Positions 35,095-44,176 of a DNA stretch of 64,000 nucleotides are shown here, piece by piece. Positions within the stretch are counted from its first letter, which is position 1; every line of letters starts with the position of its first letter. This DNA comes from Candidatus Saccharimonadota bacterium (GTDB lineage: Bacteria > Patescibacteriota > Saccharimonadia > Saccharimonadales > Saccharimonadaceae). A program made the position numbers and the translations under genes. The notes under the pieces were generated by a model. The model saw nothing but the letters and a program-made list of their open reading frames with translations, was not told where the DNA came from and did no database searches. The stretch lies in contig WQTP01000043.1 in NCBI GenBank assembly GCA_009786195.1, positions 24,503 to 88,502 on the forward strand, given 5' to 3'.

Positions 35095-36140
35095 TAGACG
35101 CCCAGCCTTTCTGCCAAACCGACAGCTACTGCGAATTGTGATGAAACTGATGCTAATTTGGCTTGTTGATCAGCTGGTACATTGACATGTTGCCAAGGTG
35201 TTGCTACTTGTCCTGGCACGCCAGTTCGTTGACTGATTGTATCAATAAGTCCCGGTAAAATTGCCGCGTAGCCACTGGTTAAAATCGCACCAACACCAAC
35301 ACCAGTATATTTAGTGGCAAAGAATTTCAAGGATTTCTGAATTTCAGCAACTAATTGTTCCATCGTAGAATTTACCGCGTGCAATAGTTGCCCTTCTAAA
35401 CGATCTGGGACCACGCCAAATTTGAGTAGTAATTGTTGGGCTTGTTGTTCCTCAATATTCAAGTTTTGTTTGGCCATTTTGACCATTGTTTGAAAACCAA
35501 CTGGTATCGAGCGGATTAGTCGTGGTGCAGTACCAAGGGTCATAACTAAATCAGTCGAATTATCACCAACATCGAGAATTAGTCGTCCGTCCTGAACACC
35601 ATCTGGCAATAGTGACCGTGTTAACGCCAGTGAATCTGGTTCAATCGCAATTACGTTTAGTCCCAACCCCTCTAACAAATCGAGGCGCGCTTCAGTGAAA
35701 GTATTTGGTACACTAGCGACTAAAACTTCAACTTTTTGGTTATCGTTGGGTGATTCACCAATAATCGCCCAATCGATCTTAGCTTCGTCGGCCTTCATTG
35801 GTACATAGTTTTCAGCCTGATATTTAATTGTCGCGTTCAGCTCAGCTTTGGAGGCCACATTAGGAATTTCCACTACTGTTGCGAAAGTTCTTTGGGATGG
35901 GATACCAATAGCCACATCCTTAGTATGAATACCAGCCTGAGCAATCACGTTAGTAATCGCTTCACCTAAAAGTCGTTGATCTTTTTCGGCTGTTGATTCA
36001 CTCAACCGAACATCTATTGGTTGCACACCAAATTGTTTAATATTCCAACCGTGACCACCGTGCGAGAGTTCTACCACCCTAAGCGCCGTCGTTCCTATAT
36101 CTAAGGAAAAGAAACTGCCCACCATCTTATTTAAACTCAT
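35094..36140 (-). CDS. pilM: Type IV pilus assembly protein PilM (actin-like ATPase fold)
   Basis: FSLDIGTTALRVVEL, DVGDNSTDL and GGYAAILPGL-type motifs are present. 348 aa. Confidence 0.85.
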   Translation of the reverse strand: MSLNKMVGSFFSLDIGTTALRVVELSHGGHGWNIKQFGVQPIDVRLSESTAEKDQRLLGEAITNVIAQAGIHTKDVAIGIPSQRTFATVVEIPNVASKAELNATIKYQAENYVPMKADEAKIDWAIIGESPNDNQKVEVLVASVPNTFTEARLDLLEGLGLNVIAIEPDSLALTRSLLPDGVQDGRLILDVGDNSTDLVMTLGTAPRLIRSIPVGFQTMVKMAKQNLNIEEQQAQQLLLKFGVVPDRLEGQLLHAVNSTMEQLVAEIQKSLKFFATKYTGVGVGAILTSGYAAILPGLIDTISQRTGVPGQVATPWQHVNVPADQQAKLASVSSQFAVAVGLAERLGV

Positions 36141-36147
36141 ATAGTAG

Positions 36148-36177
36148 ATTATAGCATAGGCGTTTTGAGGTCGTCAA
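36148..36177 (-). promoter_or_regulatory. pilM promoter: TTGACG - 18 nt - TGCTATAAT, with the ATG 7 nt downstream (leaderless)
   Basis: Read on the minus strand. There is no SD between the -10 box and the ATG at 36140. Confidence 0.6.
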
Positions 36178-36207
36178 GGCATTTTTTCACATTAGATAAT
36201 TTATTAA

Positions 36208-36216
36208 TGATACAAT
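36208..36216 (+). promoter_or_regulatory. Extended -10 (TGATACAAT) for ychF, with the ATG 6 nt downstream (leaderless)
   Basis: TACAAT is at 36211-36216 and the ATG at 36223. Confidence 0.6.
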
Positions 36217-36222
36217 AAATAT

Positions 36223-37347
36223 ATGAACTCACTGAGGATTGGTCTTGTTGGGTTACCCAACGTTGGTAAATCTACATTATTTAATGCTTTGACTAATGCG
36301 TCAGTTTTAGCAGCTAATTACCCGTTCGCAACTATCGAGCCAAACACTGGTATCGTGCCCGTACCGGACGAACGGTTAGAGATATTAGCACGTCTCTATA
36401 GGACAGATAAGGTTATTCCCGCTACCGTGGAATTCGTCGATGTGGCCGGTTTGGTTGAGGGCGCGAGTAAGGGTGAAGGTCTTGGCAACAAATTCTTGGC
36501 TAACATTCGCGAATGTCACGCGATTTGTCACGTGGTGCGAGCGTTTGACTCGGATAAAGTTCAGCGCGCTGATGGTAAAAATTACACTGGTAATGTTGTT
36601 GAATTCGCCAAGAACGATATTGAAATTATTAACACTGAGCTGGCACTAGCTGACATCGCAACAATCGAAAATCATTTGCCCAAAGTATTAAAAGAAATCA
36701 AAACTGATGTTAAAATCCGCGACATCGCTGATTATCTCACGTTCATTCAAAATGAGTTGATGGCTGGCCGCACGCCAAAAGAATGGGATACTGAAAAACT
36801 CCACGGTTTGGATCTCTTGACCGCCAAACCAGTGATTTATTTGTTTAATGTTGATGAGAATGGGTTGACTAATAAGAAATTACAAAGTGAACTTCGCGAA
36901 ATTGTTTATGCGGAATCGGAATTTGCTGCCGCGCGACTCGCGGAAAATATTGTTTTTATCTGCGCCGAACTTGAGAGTCAACTTCGCACTTTGTCCACCA
37001 TCGAAGCCCAAGAATTATTGACTGATTACGGTGTTAACGAGTCAGGTCTCGTTCTTTTAGCTCACGCCGCTTATAATGTTCTTGGTTTGCAATCATTCCT
37101 CACTGCTGGTGAAAAAGAAGTTCGCGCTTGGACAATTCGTCGTGGTGCTACTGCTCCTCAGGCTGCTGGTGTTATCCACACTGATTTTGAACGTGGTTTC
37201 ATCGCCGCTCAAGTCGTCGACTATCACGATTTAGTCGCTGCCGGTTCTGAGTTTGAAGCGCGAAAACTTGGTAAAATCCGCACTGAAGGAAAAACTTATG
37301 TCATGCAACCTGATGACATAGTTGAGTTTCGGTTTAATGTTACTTAA
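36223..37347 (+). CDS. ychF: Redox-regulated ribosome-binding ATPase YchF
   Basis: GLVGLPNVGKSTLFNALT is present, along with a C-terminal TGS-like domain ...GKTYVMQPDDIVEFRFNV. Confidence 0.9.
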   Translation: MNSLRIGLVGLPNVGKSTLFNALTNASVLAANYPFATIEPNTGIVPVPDERLEILARLYRTDKVIPATVEFVDVAGLVEGASKGEGLGNKFLANIRECHAICHVVRAFDSDKVQRADGKNYTGNVVEFAKNDIEIINTELALADIATIENHLPKVLKEIKTDVKIRDIADYLTFIQNELMAGRTPKEWDTEKLHGLDLLTAKPVIYLFNVDENGLTNKKLQSELREIVYAESEFAAARLAENIVFICAELESQLRTLSTIEAQELLTDYGVNESGLVLLAHAAYNVLGLQSFLTAGEKEVRAWTIRRGATAPQAAGVIHTDFERGFIAAQVVDYHDLVAAGSEFEARKLGKIRTEGKTYVMQPDDIVEFRFNVT

Positions 37348-37357
37348 CTTTATAAAA

Positions 37358-37425
37358 GTCCCGCTGGGCCCGCCTTAGCCCCGAATCTCTCCCCTCAACA
37401 CGCGATTCCAGCCCGTCGTTACGGG
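37358..37425 (+). repeat. Copy A of the ~50-65-nt intergenic repeat (core AATCTCTCCCCTCAACACGC)
   Basis: See 21925-21992. It starts 11 nt after the ychF stop. Confidence 0.7.
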
Positions 37426-37482
37426 TGTAATCGCTCTCTCCTCGTCGTAACTGCGGACGGTTTCGGAGAGAGATTCGGGGCT
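37377..37482. other. Long hairpin: perfect 15-bp arms AGCCCCGAATCTCTC / GAGAGATTCGGGGCT enclosing 76 nt
   Basis: Read directly. The left arm is part of repeat copy A. The loop contains the mini-hairpin CCCGT-CGTT-ACGGG. No U-tract follows. Confidence 0.6.
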
Positions 37483-37571
37483 TGGCTCGTTTGGGGTGAA
37501 ATTGAGTTTTGAGAATCGGGCAAATCAGGGTTTTATAAACCAAGTCCACAATTTGTGCTAAACTAATACAT

Positions 37572-38585
37572 ATGAAGAATCTTTTAAAGATTTACTGGTT
37601 CGCCGCCGTTGCGACCATTGCAATTTGGATTTTAGTCGGTTGGCAATTAGGGCTAACTGCGCTGTTCACGGTGTTCGTACTAACAATGCTCGAAGTTACT
37701 TTTAGCGCTGATAACGCTATTATTAATAGTCGTATCGTTACTACATTATCGCCGATTTGGCAAAAGTTATTCCTCACTTTGGGTATTTTTACAGCAGTTT
37801 TTGTAGTTAGGTTCGTTCTACCAATCGTCATGATTATGTTAACTAGCGGTTTTAGTTTTGGTGAAGTTATTACTTTAATTAACAACAGTTCCCCACTAGA
37901 TTACTCTGTTCATCTACATGGCGCTGAATTATTGATCAATGCTTTTGGCGGAACATTTTTGATATTAGTCGCACTGAATTATTTCATGGATCATCATAAA
38001 GAAATTCATTGGTTCAAGCGGATTGAGCGTCGTCTAGCACAGTTAGGTCAGTTTGAAAATTTGATGGTTCTGATCATGCTTATTATCGTAACAATCACCT
38101 TTTTCACTGTTGATCCCATGTATCACACAGCTGTGTCAATAGCTATGATTTTCGCAATTATTCTGCATATTGGATTACAGCTACTGGGTACAATTACCAA
38201 GTATCGACAGAAAAAAGAAACTGTTGCTACTAAATACAAAACTGGTTTAGTCGCTCTGTCAGCTTTTATTTATTTGGAAATTTTGGATGCCAGTTTTTCA
38301 CTAGATAGTGTGATCGGCGCTTTCGCTATGACCAACGATATTTGGTTAATTATGGCAGGTCTTGGTGCTGGTGCACTTTGGGTGCGAGGTATGACGATTC
38401 ACTTGGTGCGTCATAGCACGCTGACACGATTTAAATTTTTGGAACATGGTGCACACTGGGCTATTGCCTTTCTTGGCGGTGTGATGTTAGCTAAATTGTA
38501 TGGTGTTGAATTATCCGAATGGTTAGTCGGTAGTGTAGGACTCATTCTGATTAGTTTGGCAATTTGGTGGAGCGTTCGGCGCTAA
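37572..38585 (+). CDS. DUF475 (TerC-related) integral membrane protein
   Basis: LEVTFSADNAIINS and EILDASFSLDSVIGAFAMT are the paired DUF475 motifs. TGCTAAACT (37556-37564) lies 7 nt upstream of the ATG. Confidence 0.7.
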   Translation: MKNLLKIYWFAAVATIAIWILVGWQLGLTALFTVFVLTMLEVTFSADNAIINSRIVTTLSPIWQKLFLTLGIFTAVFVVRFVLPIVMIMLTSGFSFGEVITLINNSSPLDYSVHLHGAELLINAFGGTFLILVALNYFMDHHKEIHWFKRIERRLAQLGQFENLMVLIMLIIVTITFFTVDPMYHTAVSIAMIFAIILHIGLQLLGTITKYRQKKETVATKYKTGLVALSAFIYLEILDASFSLDSVIGAFAMTNDIWLIMAGLGAGALWVRGMTIHLVRHSTLTRFKFLEHGAHWAIAFLGGVMLAKLYGVELSEWLVGSVGLILISLAIWWSVRR

Positions 38586-39297
38586 TTTTGAGTAAGTAAA
38601 ATCGTTCTTTGTTTCCCGTTGCACCAGCAATTTCACTATCTTTTTTACCGCTGATGAGAAAGTATTGACGCGCCCAGATTTCAAAATCACGCAAAATTCG
38701 ACGACGTTCAGTATCATTTTTGATCACACCAGCATTTTTGACTCGCGCAGTAGTCTCAAATTGCGGTTTAACCATGGTCAAGATTTTAGTTTTAGCACCA
38801 GCCAAATTTTTCGCCACATGTGGCAAAATCTCACGTAGTGAAATGAACGATACGTCGGCTAAAATAATATCGATTTTTTCTTCCGTTATAAAGTCACGAA
38901 TATCCGTCTTTTCGTGCAATTCGATTCGCGGATCGCGACGCAATTTCGGATGTAATTGATCTGTACCAACATCAACAGCGATGACCTTTTTAGCACCGCG
39001 ACTGAGTGCAAACTGAGTAAATCCGCCGGTGCTTGAACCAATATCCAAAACAACTTTATCGCGAAAATCCACGCCCAATTTGTCTGCGACCGACTTTAAT
39101 TTCAGCGCTGCCCGCGACACGAATTGTTCATCACCTAATAATTCGATTTTTGCATCATGCGTTATAAAATATCCCGGTTTTGTAACCGTGCGCCCACCAA
39201 CCTGAACCTGTCCCAACCGAATATAACTCTCCGCCTGCGACCGCGTGGTTACTAAACCACGCGTGACTAATGCTTGGTCAAGTCGAGATCTTATCAC
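38551..39297 (-). CDS. tlyA: TlyA-family 16S/23S rRNA (cytidine-2'-O)-methyltransferase
   Basis: An N-terminal S4 domain (RLDQALVTRGLVTTRSQAESYIRLGQVQV) is followed by an FtsJ-like SAM motif, VLDIGSSTGGFT. Confidence 0.85.
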   Translation of the reverse strand: MIRSRLDQALVTRGLVTTRSQAESYIRLGQVQVGGRTVTKPGYFITHDAKIELLGDEQFVSRAALKLKSVADKLGVDFRDKVVLDIGSSTGGFTQFALSRGAKKVIAVDVGTDQLHPKLRRDPRIELHEKTDIRDFITEEKIDIILADVSFISLREILPHVAKNLAGAKTKILTMVKPQFETTARVKNAGVIKNDTERRRILRDFEIWARQYFLISGKKDSEIAGATGNKERFYLLKISAERSTKLPN

Positions 39298-39300
39298 AAT

Positions 39301-39864
39301 CTAATCCTTCGCACGTTCAACGTAACTACCATCGCGAGTATCAATTTTTAGTGTATCGCCGGTTTTAATAAACGCTGGAACTTTGACGATGATACCAGTT
39401 TCCATTCGCGCATTTTTTAATACGCTCGATGTAGTATCACCTTTGACCACATTTTCGGTATATTCCACCATCAGCGGCACGGTCGTCGGTAAATCGACCG
39501 AAATAACTCGTCCATCAAAGAATTGCAACTGAACTTCGCCACCTCCCTTGATAAATTTCGACACATCTTCGGCCGACCCGAGCGGCAACTCGAATTGATC
39601 GAAACTGGTTGGATTCATGAAAAAAACAGTGGTGTTGTCTGAATACAAATATTGCACAGTTTGGTTGGTCACTTCGGCCGCCTCGATTTTGTCCTGACCC
39701 TTAAAAGTTTTTGGTAAAACTGCACCAGTAATCAGATTTTTGAGTTTAACATTAACAATTGAACCACCCCGCCCCATAACTTTTTGAGAATATTCAACCA
39801 CACGATATGGTTGGTCATCAATTGAAACAACCGTGTTTTTCTTGAGATCAGTTGGACTAAACAT
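39301..39864 (-). CDS. efp: Elongation factor P
   Basis: It is 187 aa with an EF-P three-domain pattern, MFSPTDLKKNTVVSIDDQPYRVVEY.... Confidence 0.88.
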   Translation of the reverse strand: MFSPTDLKKNTVVSIDDQPYRVVEYSQKVMGRGGSIVNVKLKNLITGAVLPKTFKGQDKIEAAEVTNQTVQYLYSDNTTVFFMNPTSFDQFELPLGSAEDVSKFIKGGGEVQLQFFDGRVISVDLPTTVPLMVEYTENVVKGDTTSSVLKNARMETGIIVKVPAFIKTGDTLKIDTRDGSYVERAKD

Positions 39865-39873
39865 TATCGATTC

Positions 39874-40080
39874 CTAATTGGCAACAAATGGTAACAATGC
39901 TAGATGCCTTGCCCGCTTGATCGCTACCGCCAATTGACGTTGGGATTTAGCACTTAAACCGGTACGCGCTCGCGCATCGATCTGACCATAACTGTCGATA
40001 TAGTGGCGCAGAGTATCCACATCTTTATAATCAAAATATCGCGGTGAAATTTTCTTGGTTTTTTTAATCATATGGTTCAT
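39874..40080 (-). CDS. rpsR: 30S ribosomal protein S18
   Basis: ...[49 protein letters not shown]. Confidence 0.92.
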   Translation of the reverse strand: MNHMIKKTKKISPRYFDYKDVDTLRHYIDSYGQIDARARTGLSAKSQRQLAVAIKRARHLALLPFVAN

Positions 40081-40112
40081 TATCCTTTCAATTAAAATTC
40101 TAATTCTTGATT

Positions 40113-40565
40113 CTAGAATGGTATGTCAGTCAGATCGATCGGTTCGTCACTGACATCATCGATTGGTGCTTCGTCCATACCGTCTGATTTTTTGGATTTA
40201 GCAGTGGTCACTGGAACATCCGAACCACCACCGCGACCATCGCTGATGAAACTGAACTCTTCGACGATAACGTCGATAGTGCTGCGTTTTTTACCGGTTT
40301 CTTTATCGTCCCAACTGCGCTGTTGCAAACGTCCGCTGACCAACAGTTGACGTCCTTTACCGACATATTTGGCGATAGTTTCGCCACGCGTACCCCAGGC
40401 GGTACAGTTGATGAATGATGTTTCCTCTTGACGCTGACCACTCTGATCATTCCAAGTACGATTAACCGCTAACGAAAAACTAGTTACACTCTGTCCCGAT
40501 GGTGTAGTGCGCGTTTCTGGGTCAGCTGTCAAATTACCGAGCAAGATTACTTTGTTAAATGCCAT
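40113..40565 (-). CDS. ssb: Single-stranded DNA-binding protein
   Basis: [17 protein letters not shown] begins an OB fold and the acidic tail ends in DIPF. Confidence 0.92.
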   Translation of the reverse strand: MAFNKVILLGNLTADPETRTTPSGQSVTSFSLAVNRTWNDQSGQRQEETSFINCTAWGTRGETIAKYVGKGRQLLVSGRLQQRSWDDKETGKKRSTIDVIVEEFSFISDGRGGGSDVPVTTAKSKKSDGMDEAPIDDVSDEPIDLTDIPF

Positions 40566-40579
40566 ATTTCCTCCTTAGT

Positions 40580-40966
40580 CTACTCCTCTTCGATTTCAGT
40601 TTCAGTTTCTTCGTTTTCGTTATGACGTAATTTTTCTTCAGCTAAAACAGCTTTTACCCTGGAATCAACTTTTGTTAACAAATAACGCAACACATCCCCG
40701 GTAATGTTCAGCGCTTCACTGATTTTATTCGGCGCAGCAGCTGGCAAATCAAGTGTATAAACTCGATAAATTGCATGTGTTTCGCCAGCAATTTTATAAG
40801 CTAACTCACGACGACCCCAATCGTCCTCGGTAGTAATTTTACCACTAGCATCAGCGATGATTTTCGCCACAGTTTTCAGTGACGTTTCTATCTTAGCCTC
40901 GAGTTCAGATCGAAACAACACGACCAACTCGTACTCACTTCCTTTAATAGTTTTCTCTGGCACCAA
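40580..40966 (-). CDS. rpsF: 30S ribosomal protein S6
   Basis: YELVVLFRSE...DWGRRELAYKI is present, in the classical rpsF-ssb-rpsR order. Confidence 0.9.
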   Translation of the reverse strand: MVPEKTIKGSEYELVVLFRSELEAKIETSLKTVAKIIADASGKITTEDDWGRRELAYKIAGETHAIYRVYTLDLPAAAPNKISEALNITGDVLRYLLTKVDSRVKAVLAEEKLRHNENEETETEIEEE

Positions 40967-41070
40967 GACCTCCTTTGGATTATACCTAAAACCCTTGTGC
41001 CACGGCTTTAGGAGGTTAATATTACTGATTTATTGTAACAGATCGGGGAGAATTGCGCAAGTGGTGTAAT

Positions 41071-41781
41071 CTACCGCACCGACCCCAGACCAGTATCATA
41101 ATTATCCCGATAAACCGAGTTACGTACTTCTTTTTTGGCATTATCGATAATCGTTTGACTACCCGGAATTTGTGCTTTGAACAGATTGATCACGTTGTTT
41201 AGCAACCCTGCGAAATTACCGTTCAGTTTATCACAAGTCGTTGTCCACAGTTTGGTTGCTGATTTTTCACTCACGTTACCTTGCTCATCTCTGACATATT
41301 CAAATACCTCAAAGAAAATCAGTTGGCCCGTGGCGCAAATACCTTGATGTGGTTCTTCGGTAGGATTTTCTCGCATAAAACCTGCTCGATTTAGAGCCGC
41401 CAGAAAATCATCAAACGCTATCTTTGTGTTACTTAGCTGTTCGTCATGAATTACTGATCCGTCATAACCATGATAGGTGGTGATTCGTCGTTGGTTAGCC
41501 GAAATCGTCATAACGATTGAATAATGATTCTCGTTAGCATTGACCGGACCACGAGTGCTCATGCGTACTGCTACCTGCTCGTTCGGTTCATTTAACAGTT
41601 TCTGTCCAGCACTAACTTCGCGCGGATTCGAACCGCCACCCAGCAGTAATTGACCAACCCAAACCACACCACAAACCACCACTGTTATTGCGACAATAAC
41701 CAGCAGAACTGCGCCTAATCTGGTTGGTTGTCCACGTCTCATTATACATTTAATCTTAGCATATTGACGTTTGTTTTTCAA
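41071..41781 (-). CDS. Membrane-anchored hypothetical protein
   Basis: It has one N-terminal TM helix (LGAVLLVIVAITVVVCGVVWV) and no motif I recognise. Confidence 0.5.
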   Translation of the reverse strand: MKNKRQYAKIKCIMRRGQPTRLGAVLLVIVAITVVVCGVVWVGQLLLGGGSNPREVSAGQKLLNEPNEQVAVRMSTRGPVNANENHYSIVMTISANQRRITTYHGYDGSVIHDEQLSNTKIAFDDFLAALNRAGFMRENPTEEPHQGICATGQLIFFEVFEYVRDEQGNVSEKSATKLWTTTCDKLNGNFAGLLNNVINLFKAQIPGSQTIIDNAKKEVRNSVYRDNYDTGLGSVR

Positions 41782-41790
41782 AGTTTATTA

Positions 41791-44142
41791 TCATAGTTCC
41801 GCCCAATTTTCGCCTGATTTAATATCAACCTTTAACCGCACGCCAAGCTTGGGATAAATATTCTCCATAATTTGTTTCAACCCCGCTCCGACCGTTTCGA
41901 CATCCGCCGGCGCACATTCCACCAAAATACTATCGTGAATCTGGAGAATTTGTTCGCAGATATCGCCCATTTCATCTTCGACGCGCAACATCGCCATTTT
42001 CATCAAATCCGCTTCTGTTCCTTGAATTGGCATGTTAGCCGCAGCACGTTTGGCAGCTTCACGCAATAAATAATTACCTGACTTAACATCTGGTGTTAAA
42101 CGACGGCGACCAAACAAAGTTTCGACGTAACCGCGCTCCTCGGCCTTTTCAACAGTATCATCGATAAAATCGCGAATTGGTTGACGCATGCGAAAATAGC
42201 GCGCGATGAATTCTTTGGCTTTTGAAAAGTCCATCCCAGTCGCCGCCGCTAATCCGTGCGGACTCATACCATACAAAACACCGAAGTTGATCACCTTAGC
42301 ATGACGCCGCATCTCTGGCGTGACGTCATCAAAAGCCACTCCGTAGGCCTCAGCCGCGGTTTTAGTGTGCACGTCAACCGTATCGTCCTGGAAATCCTCA
42401 ATCAAATTCGTGTCGCCGCTGAGCGCCGCCGCTAATCGTAATTCAAATTGAGAATAATCAGCACTAACTAAAACCTTGTCCTCGCTGGCCACAAACGCTC
42501 GGCGAATTTCGCGTCCCAATTCGGTTCGGGTCGGGATATTCTGCAAATTCGGATTGGATGACGATAATCGCCCTGTCGCAGTTACATCTTGGCGAAAATC
42601 AGTATGTAATTTACCGTCCGCCGCCACTAGATTCGGCAACGCATCAACATAGGTATTTTTTAATTTAAGAACTTCGCGCACATCGATTATTTTATCAATA
42701 ATTGGATGTTTACCGTGCAGTTTATCCAATTCACCACGTCCGGTCGAAAAATATCCCCGCATCGATTTTTTGATGCCCGTCGTTGGTAGTTTGAGTTTTT
42801 TGAACAGCACATCAGACAATTGTGGTGCTGAGCTGACATTAAATTCCTGACCAACCACATCCCAAATTTCGCGTTCTAATTTGGCGATTTTCCCGGCGAA
42901 TTCGGCGCTTAGTTTACCCAAAATTTCCACGTCGATTTTGACACCACGCGCCTCGATTTTCGCCAACAAATTCTGCATCGGAAAGTCCAGCTCGCGCGCC
43001 AATTTGGCCAATTTTGGCATGTCGGTCAATCGCTTGGCCTGGTCGGTTGCGACGATTCTTAGCTGCTCGAGATTAGCGACTTTTTCCACCCGCCCCAAGA
43101 GAAATCCGGCGATTCGTGTGTCGAATTTTATTTCCGGCAAAGGTTTCTTTTCGGCCAATAATTTCTCGGCTAAAATTTTACCATCATTGACCACGATTCG
43201 ACCGTCGCTCTCGGTAAAGAAAATTCCCGGCGCGTCCTCAAATTCCGGTTCTGACGCCACCGTGTCATCGCGCATGTAATCCGGCAACCGCCGCAGCAGC
43301 GACGTGAATTCCAATTTTTCCAGCGCCGCGCGCAATTTCGCCGCATCGAAATTTTTGACATCAACCGCGTCCAAATCCAATTTTAACGGCGCATCGCACC
43401 AAATTTTCGCTAGTTCGCGGGACATGTAGGCGCTGTCCCGCCCGGCCGCCAATTTCGTGCGCCAGGCCGGTTTTATTTTGTCCAAATTGTCGTAAATCGC
43501 GTCGAGCGACCCGTACTCTTGTAACAGAATCAACGCAGTTTTTTCGCCAATGCCCGGCACGCCCGGAATGTTGTCGGATGTGTCACCTTTCAAACTTTTC
43601 AGATCCAAAAACTGTTCGACTTTTAATCCATATTTCTTTTCAAAGGCCGCTACATCGAATTTTTCGAGGTTCGCCAAACCTTTTTTCAATGCATACAGTT
43701 CAGTATCGTGATCAACGACCTGTAACATGTCGAGATCCGAACTAATCATCACCGTGTGGATGTCGACCGCGTTGGCCTGCGCCGACAGTGTGCCCATGAT
43801 GTCATCGGCTTCGTAATCGTCCATTTCATACATCGTCCAGCCAAAAGCGTCGAGTAGCTCGGCGAGCAACGGAATCTGCGCGTAAAAATCCGGCGGCGCC
43901 GGCTTGCGATTGGCTTTGTATTCAGGATAAATTTCCAACCGACGACGAATGTTGGTTTTCGATTTATCCCACGCCACTGCCACATAATCCGGTTGAATTC
44001 GTTTCAGTAGCTCCAGCGCCATCGCCGCAAAACCATACACCCCACCCGTCGGTGTGCCGTCCTTGGTCGTCAGATTCGGCATGGCGTAATAACCGCGATA
44101 GAAAATCGACTTGCCATCAATCAGCGCGAACCTCTTGTTCAT
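41791..44142 (-). CDS. polA: DNA polymerase I (5'-nuclease plus polymerase domains; short middle domain)
   Basis: The N-terminus is a FEN-like domain. The polymerase motifs are DYSQFELRLAA (A), RRHAKVINFGVLYG (B) and QIHDSILVE (C). 783 aa. Confidence 0.92.
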   Translation of the reverse strand: MNKRFALIDGKSIFYRGYYAMPNLTTKDGTPTGGVYGFAAMALELLKRIQPDYVAVAWDKSKTNIRRRLEIYPEYKANRKPAPPDFYAQIPLLAELLDAFGWTMYEMDDYEADDIMGTLSAQANAVDIHTVMISSDLDMLQVVDHDTELYALKKGLANLEKFDVAAFEKKYGLKVEQFLDLKSLKGDTSDNIPGVPGIGEKTALILLQEYGSLDAIYDNLDKIKPAWRTKLAAGRDSAYMSRELAKIWCDAPLKLDLDAVDVKNFDAAKLRAALEKLEFTSLLRRLPDYMRDDTVASEPEFEDAPGIFFTESDGRIVVNDGKILAEKLLAEKKPLPEIKFDTRIAGFLLGRVEKVANLEQLRIVATDQAKRLTDMPKLAKLARELDFPMQNLLAKIEARGVKIDVEILGKLSAEFAGKIAKLEREIWDVVGQEFNVSSAPQLSDVLFKKLKLPTTGIKKSMRGYFSTGRGELDKLHGKHPIIDKIIDVREVLKLKNTYVDALPNLVAADGKLHTDFRQDVTATGRLSSSNPNLQNIPTRTELGREIRRAFVASEDKVLVSADYSQFELRLAAALSGDTNLIEDFQDDTVDVHTKTAAEAYGVAFDDVTPEMRRHAKVINFGVLYGMSPHGLAAATGMDFSKAKEFIARYFRMRQPIRDFIDDTVEKAEERGYVETLFGRRRLTPDVKSGNYLLREAAKRAAANMPIQGTEADLMKMAMLRVEDEMGDICEQILQIHDSILVECAPADVETVGAGLKQIMENIYPKLGVRLKVDIKSGENWAEL

Positions 44143-44176
44143 GCATCTATTGTATCACGTCCAGAGGACAGCCGGT

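Noticed and set aside
37340-37549. 69-aa minus-strand ORF across the ychF/DUF475 spacer
   Set aside because: It has no SD or promoter. It is Arg-rich and spans the long hairpin and repeat, so it is better explained as a structured non-coding element.
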